Shown: positions 1 through 11,500 of the stretch, in pieces
Position numbering within the stretch: position 1 is the first letter of the stretch
Layout: each line of letters opens with the position of its first letter
Assembly: GCF_003918875.1 (NCBI RefSeq)
Contig: NW_025765147.1
Location: forward strand, 186,001 to 248,687
Length of the DNA stretch: 62,687 nucleotides
Direction of reading: 5' to 3'
Source: Haliotis rubra
Lineage: Eukaryota
Translations under genes and position numbers: made by a program
Notes under the pieces: model-generated
Told to the model about the DNA's origin: nothing
Database searches by the model: none
Seen by the model: the letters and a program-made list of their open reading frames with translations, nothing else

Positions 1-237
1 CGTATGGTATATGTCAAAATTGCATCGGACATTGTTTTTGTCACTGATGCATCAAATTTGGAAATGTCCTCCCCATGTCTACTATGAAACAATTGGTGCC
101 CATGGGGATGTCTACTTCATGGTCAAATATTTTACCCTACATTTTACAAAGATGTTATCAAGGAGAAATATTTCACACATTGTTTTCTCTGTAAACTTCC
201 AATGACATTTGCTTTCATTATTGACAAAGTGCCCTAA

Positions 238-397
238 GTGAGTGAGTTTAGTTTTACGCCGCTTTAGCAATATTCCGGCAATATCACGGCAGGGGACACC
301 AGAAATGGGCTTCACACATTGTATCAATGTGGGGAATCGAACCCGGGTCTTCTGCGTGACGAGCAAACGCTTTAACCACTAGGCTGCCCCACCGCCC
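238..397 (-). mobile_element. tRNA-derived SINE, family 1
   Basis: Minus strand shows an A-box-like (TAGTGG) and B-box (GGTTCGATTCC) head and an (ACTC)n tail; similar copies at 7278, 26034, 37073, 45956. Confidence 0.85.
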
Positions 398-526
398 GAC
401 AAAGTGTCCTGAACCTCTGAAGATAGATGTGTAGGTATTTCGTTGTTCACCGCGTTTGTTTATACCCCATGGATCAGGGAATGAATGTTTCCCTTAAGTT
501 AGTCATATACAACGCTGAAATGTTTC

Positions 527-790
527 CTAGTTTTTGAGAATCGACATGGTATTAATTCGGCATATCTTAAAATCTTTCTGTGAATATCGAGAAAGTCCTT
601 CCTTGATAGTATTAAGGATTATGGATAATCTTTGAGACAGGGATTTGGTGGTACATTTGCTGGAACCAGCAATATATCTCTCCTTGCAAAGAATTTTATG
701 TAGTTTTGGAATCAAGTACAAAAGAGGAGTGGACATGTCTTCAGGTTTAAGAGTCAAGTCAAACGTTGGTAACACCGTTGAGTGGTTTAG
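527..790 (-). mobile_element. Intronic reverse transcriptase fragment, Penelope-like
   Basis: Translation [11 protein letters not shown]...[16 protein letters not shown]; a shorter copy lies in the same intron of the PTP gene (~43688-43830). Confidence 0.5.
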
Positions 791-813
791 GCTAATACCT
801 ATATTTCTAGTAC

Positions 814-2458
814 CGTATATTTCCACCTCGCAGAAACTCAGATTCAGCATCCCTACTGTAGGTTGGCGATATATCAGAAGATGGAACCCCGTTAGGAGTA
901 CATCACACTCCAGGGTGTACTCTGGTTCCCACATGTAGGAAGAGTCCGGGGCGTGACATATTCTTCCATCTACCTTCACATATACGTCATCTTGTTGATC
1001 TGGAATATGTTGAGAAGAATGAACCATAATACCTTACTCTAAATACATATTCGGGTGTGTTTTAGCGTTGCTGTAACGTTATAGATGTCAAAGCTGGTCA
1101 ATTAATGTTTAAGATGTCTCATATAAAGTACTTGTCTGATACAAAGACCTTGTCAGTATTAGTACTATTTGTCAGTATTAGTACGCATTCGTTATCTTGT
1201 GTTTATGGTCACACAGTACCTTCCCAGAATATCTTGATCCTGGTAACTGTCCTGTTCTCTGTAAACTCCGCCTCCCATGCTGGTAATATGGACGAGACTG
1301 ATGCACACGGCCCTGACGTCACACCATCAGTAACCCATGATGCCTGCCCGGTGGTGGTGTAAGCATTGTTTTGCCCAAATGTAAAGTTACTTGCTGTTAT
1401 ATTCACTGTAATAATAAACAGTATCATTATCTGAGGTAAAGTGCATCACATTCCAATTCAGGTAGGAATTACTTTACGTACTGTATGTACAATCCAGAAA
1501 GTGTTCTTTCACTTGTTGTGTCATCTCGAGTTGCTTAAAACTTTAATATATGTTGTACCTAGTTGTCAGATTGCTAATTGCTTCTCGTGCTATATTCACT
1601 TTAACAATAAACATAGTCATTATCTGTGGGTAACCCATTTCAATATGGGGATTCAGGTAGCGATTACTGGAAGTATTGTCTGCAGTATCTAGCATATGTT
1701 GTTTCACTTCAGCTTGTCATCACGAGATGCTTCAAACTTTAAAATATATATATCTTGCATCAGCTTTGAGCATTAGTCGACTGTTATGTCTTCGTCTCCT
1801 TTAGATTTGATGATATTGTATTCTGCATCACATTGTTTATGCTGTGTTGAAAGACATCCTGCAAATGCCAACAGCAAACTCTGCTACTTACACTCTTGTG
1901 GGTAACAGGTAGTAAATGCCTAGACATAATGTGCGAATATAAACCCTAAAATAATAGCGACGCGATTCGAGTGAACATAAAGTCTTCTTGTGAATCATTC
2001 AAAAAACATATCCTGTTGATCGTTATAGACAAAACATTAAATCAATAGATAACTGAAACCAGGTGTAAATTGTAATCATGATCTGTCCTACCTGTAGCAC
2101 CTGTAATCAATACATTGAAATCAACGTTACCTAAGGTACAGTCCTGGGGACAGTTGGCGTCTTGGCTGGACACTGAAACACACACAGGCTTATGATGTGA
2201 ATTTTAGCTGATAAAGCAGTCAATAAAATGGTCATTCTCAGAAACTCTTTGTTTTCTAGGCACACGCCTGTGAACGCAATGCAATTGTTACAGTGTATGT
2301 TTATTGCGAACTGTTTATTGTGGTTTATGTAAAATACATGTATATGACCCCATTTACTAAGAATGTAGGTATTTCTTTGGCAAGTGTGTGTGTGTCTCAC
2401 CTTGCGGGCTCCATACAAACATCACAATCAAGTAAATAATGGCGTTGTTGGTCACCAT
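814..2458 (-). CDS. Receptor paralog F, 5' part: signal peptide + Cys mini-exon + fucolectin/F5-8C-like domain; continues off the left edge
   Basis: Exons 2458-2401, 2172-2131, 1393-1220, 999-814, all GT-AG and phase 1, join in frame: MVTNNAIIYLIVMFVWSPQVSSQDANCPQDCTLASNFTF...[11 protein letters not shown]...LSFCEVEIY; exon sizes equal those of the PTP gene. Confidence 0.8.
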
Positions 2459-3109
2459 GGCTACACACTTGCTGATTGTGACATGAAATCAATTCATCCT
2501 TGGAGACCAAACAAGTAAATCCATTGAGAAGAAGCTGGTTCAGAAATGAATCTATAACCACACCAGTGACAGTTATTCTATCCTGCTTTGGGCTACACAA
2601 ACCTGCTGCTCACTTCCTCGCAGCCTTTTGCGTAATGGCTCAACACATTGCTGGCAGATATTCATATATGCATTGATATATTCACGGAAATATATTCGAA
2701 TCCCACATACGGAACAAATACAGAGAGTCTGGTGTGCACAGTCATCGAACATTGCGTCCAATGTCCTAGGGTACACAATGAGAAATGTTCAGTAGAAAAG
2801 GCCACAGAGTAGATTCGCTGACCTGGTTGTCATAGTGTCCCAATTGCGTAGATCGATGCTCATGATATCAATGACTGGATTCGCAAGTCCAGGCTGACGG
2901 AACGACAAATTTGCAGCAACGAAACAAAATGTCCAAAGTCAAATGTCTCAATAGTACGTGAGTGAGTTTAGTTTTACGCCGCATTCAGCAATATTTCAGC
3001 TATATGACAACTCTGAATAGAAAGGGTACTTTGGGGGATTTGTTACTATCATGTTCTCCTTCTGTTGATAAATATGTCTGCATGAAACATTAAGTAGACA
3101 CTGCTTGTA

Positions 3110-3470
3110 GATCGCAATAGTGCAGTGGTAGGATGTCTGCCTTTCACGCTGAAGGCCTGGGTTCGATCTTCGGTGGAGGCACCTTGGTTCGAGTCCCGAG
3201 GTGGGCACATTTGCGTAGTATCCTTGAACAAGATACTTAGTTCCACAGTGTCTCAGTTCACCCAGCTGTAAAATGGGTATCCGTGAGGATGTGCTGGCAA
3301 TGTGAGTGCTTAGTTCATTGCGCCTAACAGGCAGCATGGCTGTATGATCCCCAGGGAGTTGGCAAAATATCGGAAAGTACAATAGTGTCCTATGACCAGG
3401 GATATAGAGAATACTACACGAGGTCTCAGTTCATACGAATTATATGAAACGAGTGTCCTTCCTATGGTAT
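3110..3470 (+). mobile_element. tRNA-derived SINE, family 3 (Deu/CORE-like body)
   Basis: tRNA-like head (TAGTGCAGTGG...CTTTCAC...GGTTCGA) followed by TCCTTGAACAAG...CACCCAGCTGTAAAATGGGTA. Confidence 0.6.
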
Positions 3471-5295
3471 CTGACCGACGTCTTACATGCATTAAATTGA
3501 CAACATAGCGTAATTTAGTTATGTTTTGGTTTCAAACCGAAACCGGTTTCATAAAGAGGTTGCGGAAGAGTTTTGTACTGTAGTGCAATATGTGCATGAC
3601 GTCAGAGTGCAATGACGTCACTGCCTTGGTAACCGACGTCACGATGCATGTCATTTGCCATCGCCTTGTACAGCCTCCTACAGTAAACTACTCAGTACCA
3701 CCTCGTTTCTTGGTTTCCAGTTGCTTTATTCGGCTAACATCACTGGTGGAAACATTGCATTTATGGTTTTCGACGGATATAATGTCTCAGTTCTACTCAC
3801 AATTAAACAGCGACACGGCAACGTTCGCAATGTTTACATTCCCACAATGCATTTAAGTTGTACAATGAATGAATTCACATGTTTGTTATGAATGAAAAAA
3901 TAGTTACGTCAGAATGTGACCTAATTGAGAGGTCATCGGTTATCCAATCAAATCGTTAGAATTTCAGGTCAAGTCGTTACGACACAGGTCAACGCGATAC
4001 GACACTCGTGTGACGTACGAGATTAGTATGCAACTACCATTCGGGGTTGAGTAGCTATGACACAAAGATCAAGTGAAGTGTAACAGTTGCAACAACATGG
4101 AAAAAACTGTCACATTGTTAGAGTAGCCTGTGCTAGTGGTGGTGCTATTCGTGAAATCCTGATGCCTATACTGATTCTCTGTGATTTAATCATATTTGTT
4201 ACTCCTACTTTGCTGTTTACACCCAGTGGAATATGTTTCGTTTGATATCCAGGATTGGTTATTTTTTTAACATTGACGTCTCATATTTAGACTCGAACTG
4301 CCCACGCACATGAGTACCGATTTGTGACCTGCAAACAACGCCTTGGTGTAACATGTCTGTTAGTGTCCTCATGGTCCCTAGAATCATTACTAGTCTTAGA
4401 TTGAAATCTGTGATAAACTAATTATTTTACTATTTATGTGTATTATGAAGTAATAACTTGTTTTTAGTCACGATTTGGCCTGTGTGACTTAAAAAATTAA
4501 CTCACTCACTCACCCAGTATCCTCCTGTGATATTTATAGAGCAGCTACCAGGGTGTAATCAGTTGTTACATGATCTGCTGTGACAGTTGAGTCATTTATG
4601 GGAGATAAAAAATTGTAGCTTATCCTTAGTTTGATCATCGATTTTCTGGGCGTACTAGCCATGGAAGCAAAGAATATATGTTTTATGAGAATGTCACAAC
4701 TAGTGTTGCATAAAGAGCCAAAGAACTGGAGTTTATCAATGTCGCCAATCATGGTTCACAATCCAATGTTTGCAATATTGGTTTCAGGCGGAGATCTCTA
4801 ATCTAGTTCCTGGACAGTTCGGGCAAAGTAACGCTGTGTGTTTTGTAGCATTAAAAGCTCAAATAAGCGACGAGACAGTCTTCGACATGGTGTCCTACAT
4901 CAGGCCAGTCTTCCAGTCACATTGTAATGGCTGTTGTAGCGGAATATGGAAACGTGTTCTAGTCAAGGCTCACTAGATCTGACCCCTACTGACTATGAGG
5001 TGTTTGTAAATTTGAATATTCAACCCTTACGTTATTACAATGACTTGGTTGTTGTCACAGATGACTGGTTGATGAGCATTCGAAAGACAAAAACATCCCA
5101 CTTCCAAAAACATACATCAACGAATTATGTTATGTGTTCGAAAACGTGGTCACTATGACATTTCATATTTGGCCATCCTCCGTAACCCCCATATGGGCAA
5201 AGTACAAGAATAGGATGGTCTTCATGGAAGACACTGCAACAGTAGTAGCTCACTATGCGATTTATGTTTCACCTGAATGACAGCAGGGAGCAATC

Positions 5296-7180
5296 TTATG
5301 TGCGGATATTTAGGGCATTTTCGTACAGACTCAAATCAGTAGTATTAACATACATGTTTGATTCTCCCGCTGCTTCACCGATGTCTTGATTATTAGAACC
5401 AACGTTGACATAGCATGATGTTCCAGTTGACACATTCTGATCATTAAAGTATTCGTTGTTCACATAGGTGTATTCGTTTTCATTAATGTTCTCATAGCTG
5501 GTAGAAACTGTCGTGTTAACATAAGTGGATGTCTGATTTGACCATCCCCTTGGTGTTCTGTGACTTTGTATGATCTGGGCCCTGTTCCTCAAAGCGATCG
5601 TAGCGCTAAGATGATCGTAACTCCCATACTTTAACATAGACTTACGACATTCGTAGCGCTACGATCGCTTTGAGGAACGGGGCCCTGGTATTGAGTGTGA
5701 TCAGAGGGTTCAGCTACACACAGTTCATAAGATGGCGTAACTGCTTCTCTAGCGTCCTTGGCTTGGGACCTTTTTCCTTTCTGTCTCCTGAAACATCGAA
5801 TTATGAATATGATCTTACAATGGTGCTCCCAAACAATATTAAAAGATCCGGTTCCGTTGAAAGGACCACACCGATGCTGATAGAAGAGAGGTACTCATGT
5901 CATTAATATTCTACATCTTGACAGAGGTGTTATTTAAATGTGTCGACGAAATGTTGCCTCTGCCCAAATGTGCAGTGGAAAAAAGTATAGTTTCGCCATG
6001 AATTATTCCAGTAAAAGCATGAGGACCGTTGTGTTCGGATGTTTTGACATTATCGTTGCCATTAACAGTTCCGGTGAAACGACCAAACCAAATTCCTCTG
6101 ATGGAACAGAGGTATTCATGTCATAAATATTCCACATCTTGACATAGGTGTTATTTATATGTGTCGACGAAGTCTCTGAGAAATGTTCCCCTGCCCAAAT
6201 ATGCAGCGAAATAAAGTATAGTACCATGAAGTATTCCAGTAAAAGCATCAGGTCCTTTTTGTCAGGATGTTTTGACATTATTGTTGTCAATAACAAAGGG
6301 GAGGAAATTTGAGATCAACCTATTACTGTTGTAAATTCGGGAACTTTAATCTTCCAGCGAAGCATTTTATGTATGCTATATTATCTTAACATACACATTT
6401 GTATCAGAAACATACTTCTTTTAGAGCTGTTGATAGCTGCACCATACCTCACACACACAACAGCAACAACCGCAACAGTGACGACACCAGCAACCACAGC
6501 ACCCGTGACAATGACGTATAGTAACGGGAACCTGCTATCGGGGGACTCTGAAAGTGTAGGATACATTCAAGCGAGGAAATAAAACACATTACACATTAAT
6601 ACATTGAACAGGTAATTTTTGTATGTGAAATAGACACTTTTATGCCGCATTAATATCCTTTTCAACAATGACATGCTTCTTTTGGATGAACATATTTCTT
6701 CTTATGTGAGTGCATGCGAGTATAATATATATATATTACATACGTGCCGGGTTTGCACGTGAGATAATACCCACAATACAATACAAACACAAAAGGTCAG
6801 CAATATAAATCGGCCTTGATCATCTGCAGTGATTAACAAGAGTGAAAGACTCGAAGTGACATAGTGCCAGTTATCATAGTGTTGGCCAAGTATACAATAT
6901 AAATGTATATTTAATTCATGGCATAAATATTCATCTCAAACTCCTGCTTTTGAAATGTCACGTGCAAAGATAAACTTTCTCTAATCCTGCTTGTTTCAAT
7001 AAATACAATATCATTGGGAGATTTAAAATGTTTATTAATTGCGCAATTACAATTGACAGTAACTACAACCTGCAAGAATTTCGCACTCTTTCATTGTCTT
7101 TAACTCGTCCGTTTTTGAAGAACCCCCAAAACCTATACATCACTTCCTTTACCTGCTGCACCAGATGGAGGCGTGGATGG
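5296..7180 (-). pseudogene. Receptor paralog E (YxN-tail type): mucin remnant, TM exon 6547-6448, tail exon 5787-5296
   Basis: TM exon intact (LLYVIVTGAVVAGVVTVAVVAVVCV); tail exon interrupted by a MITE with an in-frame stop; ectodomain exons absent (junction ~7185). Confidence 0.8.
5578..5684. mobile_element. PIF/Harbinger-like MITE
   Basis: ~31-bp TIRs (GGCCCYGTTCCTCAAAGCGATCGTAGCGCTA), CTG target-site duplication (5575-5577/5685-5687), empty site in paralogs at ~49210 and ~58750. Confidence 0.85.
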
Positions 7181-7277
7181 TCGCTTTAAAGTTATCACAG
7201 TAATATTGCACAGACTAAAAGCGAAATATATGTAATTTACAAAGGTTGCAGAGCTGCATTGACTACCTCCTTAGCAA

Positions 7278-7420
7278 GGGGGTAGCCTAGTGGTTATGGC
7301 GTTCGCTCGACACGCCGAAGACACGGGTTCGATAGCCCACATGGGTACAATGTGTGAAGCCCATTTCTGGTCATATTGCTGGAATATTGCTAAGAGCGGC
7401 GTAAAGCCAGAAGTCACTCT
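7278..7420 (+). mobile_element. SINE family 1
   Basis: GGGGGTAGCCTAGTGG head and GGTTCGA B-box; same flanking context as the 45956 copy. Confidence 0.8.
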
Positions 7421-8588
7421 CTCCTCCTTATCAATATCGCAGTTCATCGGCTTTAATGGGTAATACACTCTGGGAAGTATATTAATATATGCTGCTGCAA
7501 CACAAAGTAGATTCGCTGACCTGGTTGTCATAGTGTCCCAATTGCGTAGATCGATGCTCATGATCTCAATGACTGGATTTTCAAGTCCAGGCTGACGGAA
7601 CCACAATTTACAGCAACGAAACAAAATGTCTAAAGTCTGGATACGACAATACCATTCAGAAATATCCAGTCAAACACCTTTAGCTTTATTGATTGGAACT
7701 GGCAAGCAATTATCTGTGGAAGTTGGTTTAAGCTGTAGATGTTTTTGCAAGCAGACGGTCCATAGGTGCTGCTGTACAAACAGGTTACAAATTTCAGAAC
7801 CAAATACTTTAATAAAAAGTGAAATATTATCTGTTTCACATAAAAGTACAAATATCTGTTTGTAATATGCACAAACAATTCACAAAATCTATCCAACACT
7901 AGATATTCATTTCCATCTGTAATAGATTGCTGCGCCATATTAAATACATATGATATATGGTTTGGGGCAAAATGTAAGTTGGCATTAGATATCTGTACGA
8001 ATAATGCTTCCACTTTGGTGGCATGAACTATTTTTTCTGCAATTCCTTAAATTGTTTTGTCGGTGCTTTTGTCCACGACTAGAGCGTGTGAGCGCCAGAA
8101 GTCTATGATATCCTTAATGTTACTGCTTAAGTAAGTGTACGGCCGGCGAAAGGGGCAAGGAAGCAGATGCGGCACTCAGTGTATAATAGATACTTTGAAT
8201 TGTCTTACATAACTTAAAGAACACAGTGTTAACTTATGTGTACCTGCTAGTTATTATACTGTATATTCGGTGAGGCTGACTGGTGGTTGCATGTTAGGTA
8301 AGTGATCAGCCATTGCATGGACATGAAACGCTGTGCAATAACTTAAAGTAAAGTATCATTTTAAGTCATTCCTCGTGGCCTAAAATGACATGACGAAGCT
8401 TTTTCTTCACTCTTTTTGCGACGGTAAGGTGAAGCTTATATGTACGGAAAAGGCGCAGTTCTCCTTGGTATTAAATGTTCATGTGATGCATACATGTTTT
8501 ACATAGTAATGTTTAATAATGACCTTTTGTCTACATGGCTGGAATGTTCTTTGGGTTAAGACATCGAGTCTGACCGACCGAAGGCCTG

Positions 8589-11500
8589 TTACGAGGATAT
8601 ATTAAAGTCAAACGATGTTGTAGTGTTTTCAATAATATTATCAAGGGAATCATCATTTCCAGAGAAAAATCCAACGTGGTCAGAGCGGCGGTTGGTGACC
8701 ATGACGGTCTCGTAATCTCCATCGTCTTTCGTCTCTGCCAATGCACAAGCGTACGCATCATCCTGCGTCTTGTCAGCGGTAAAATATGACAACATCCTGG
8801 AACAAACAGCTGAAGATCAGCATCATGCGATGGTACCCTTAACTCTGACGATGTCTGTTTGTTGTTGAACGCTGTGCTGGCAATGATAAATTCTATATGA
8901 CGGCAGTATGTAAATATTGTCGTACCATACATTCCAGTGATTGATATTGTAATCTTAGTGTAAAATAAGTGAGTGAGTGAGTGAGTTTAGTTTTACGCCG
9001 CACTCAGCAATATTCCAGCTATATGGCGGCGGTCTGTAATTAATCTAGTCCGGACCAGACAATCTAGTGATCAACAGCATGATCATCGATCTACGCAGTT
9101 GGGAACCGATGACATGTGTCAACCAAGCCAGCGAGCCTGACCAACCGATCCCGTTAGTCGCCTCTTACGACAAGCATGGGTTACTGAAGGTTCATTCTAA
9201 CCCGGACCTTCACGGGTTAGTGTAAAATTACAACACCAGATATCACCAGTCTCGATTGTTCCACCACACATTCCATATATTGTATGGTGTATTTAATAGC
9301 AAAGATTCACTGAGTGAGGACACCAGTTTCGAGGCAAGCGTAAACATGTTCTGCCCTAACTGTATCACCACTCATATGATCTGCATTTTAATAGTACATG
9401 TTTGTTGCTTGGCAACGCCTGACAACTCACAACGCATAACAGTACTAAGGTCAGCCGGCACCCATGAAGGGCCACCTCCTCGTGGTGGGTGCTGGGTAAC
9501 GCTAAGCGCCCTTCAACCCCCCGTTGTGGACCCGGGAGGGATATTAGCTCCACCAACCTGTTTGCCGTGGGTTGCGCCCCTGTGTCGGTGGAGGAAGGGA
9601 TTCTGGTGGTTGAGGGCACTGGCTCCAGGAACAGTGTTCCTTTGCCCAACACACCACTTCGGCCCTTACTTCACCTAGACGGGTGGTTGAACTGGCCCGG
9701 TTCAATCAATCGGCTGGTCACGCCGAGCCCTGTGGTATGCATTTTTGCTATGTCTTGACTCGGTACACTTGTTTTAAATACTATCTGTGTTCATAAAGTT
9801 ATTTAATATTCTTGCCTAGAGCTCATGCCCAGAAGGCGGTGGCTCATGGGCCAATCTGGTTTATCCTCTGGATTAACTAGAGTATATCATTTCTGTAACC
9901 CTTTGGTGTCAGTTTGCTGGAACACCGCATACGTATGACATCGCTCTTGTTGGCGCTCCATGGTGGGCAGGGACCAGATTTGATGAACCAATATACAATT
10001 CACTATGGGTAAACAAAATCCAAAAAAACCAAAACGGCAACTTTCCAAATCTGATTCTGAGTAGGGCTTCAACGAGTCCATTTTTTGGGACTCGAGTACT
10101 CGAGGGGTGAGACTCGACTCGGACCCGAGTACTCGAAATTCATACCTTTCAAGCAAACGATCAATTGTCAAGATAGTTACCTAATCATTTTAAGAAGTGA
10201 AATCTCAGTCGATGTATAATATTTACTCTCATCTGCAGACTTGTAACAACTAATACCATACAGCCACACCGTGTTAGGAGTACACTATTTAATCTAGGTG
10301 TTAATAAAAACATTATCAGATGGCTTAAAGAATTCAGGGTACATAGAACTCAGTATGTCAGTGTCAATGGCTATCAATCTTCTTTTCCCTCAACCTCTAC
10401 TGGAGATCCACATGGCTGTGTTCCTTCATCCGTACTCTTCGTTTTGTATACCAATGACTGTTACTTGTCAATATATGACTTGTTTACTGTGAAATTTGCA
10501 GATGACGCCACTGTTAATGGCCTAATTTCTGATTCTGAACATTATTATCGTCAAGGTATTGACAAAACCGTAATGACAGTTTTTTATCAAACCTTTATTC
10601 AAAGTGTGTTGACCTACAATTTTCTATGTTGGTATGGGGATCTGTCTCATCTTAACAAAAACAGACTTTTCAAAATTGTTAATACTGCTTGCAAAATTTC
10701 TGGAGTGTATTTCGAGTATAGTCAAAAAGACAGCTAAAATTAGATTTGATAGTTGACATATTTGATCTCACCATTTTGAACTACTTCCTTCTGGACGCTG
10801 CTGTAGATTACCTTCCCTCAAAACAGAGCGCGACAGTCTTTCATACCATCAAGTATTCGTGAATGCAACAAATATTTTGAATCACCATGATGTGTTTAGA
10901 ACTAGAATTATTCAGCCTCTTTACCTATGTGGTTAATTGAATTATATCATGTCAGTTTTATTTGTAAATAGCATTCGTTTTGAGCATGTAATTATTGTGT
11001 TTATTTTTGTGAACTGTGTATATATTTATTTTGAGACAGTTTGGATGTATGAGAATTTCCTCCGGGATAATAAAGTTATATCTTTTTCTTAATATTTATA
11101 GGATATCAAACGAGCTTCCCCTTTCATATCAAGTTTATGTCCCGAGTGAAATAATTTTGGTTTGTCACGAGCTTTAGCGAGTGACAAAGCAAAATTATTT
11201 CACCTTTCATATCAAGTTTATGTCCCGAGTGAAATAATTTTGGTTTGTCACGAGCTTTAGCGAGTGACAAAGCAAAATTATTTCACGAGGGACATAAACT
11301 TGATATGAAAGGGGAACGAGTTTTGTATCCTATTTATTACCCACGTTCTAAAATGAAAATATTGTTAAAATAAAGCAATATCTTGCTTTCCTATATAGAA
11401 CCGCACTGCGCGGATTAATATATCATATTGGTGATTGGAATGTCGACCGTTTCACTCCAGGGAAACGTATGCTGCGTAGAGGCAATGTAGTTCCTTTAAC

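Noticed and set aside
238-397. tRNA gene (also at 3110, 7278, 45956)
   Set aside because: tRNA-like heads run into SINE bodies and tails with no complete cloverleaf
527-1027. 166-aa ORF (and 43489-44133) as a single protein
   Set aside because: Read-through of a lectin exon into intronic retroelement fragments; clear splice sites bound the true exon
5860-6300. ORFs in the TM-tail intron (6003-6296; also 49739-49957)
   Set aside because: They arise from a ~180-bp intronic tandem duplication, and frames are not conserved among paralogs
9256-9758. GC-rich ORFs as host genes
   Set aside because: They largely overlap the 5' UTR of the TSD-bounded outer LINE and have no recognisable motifs
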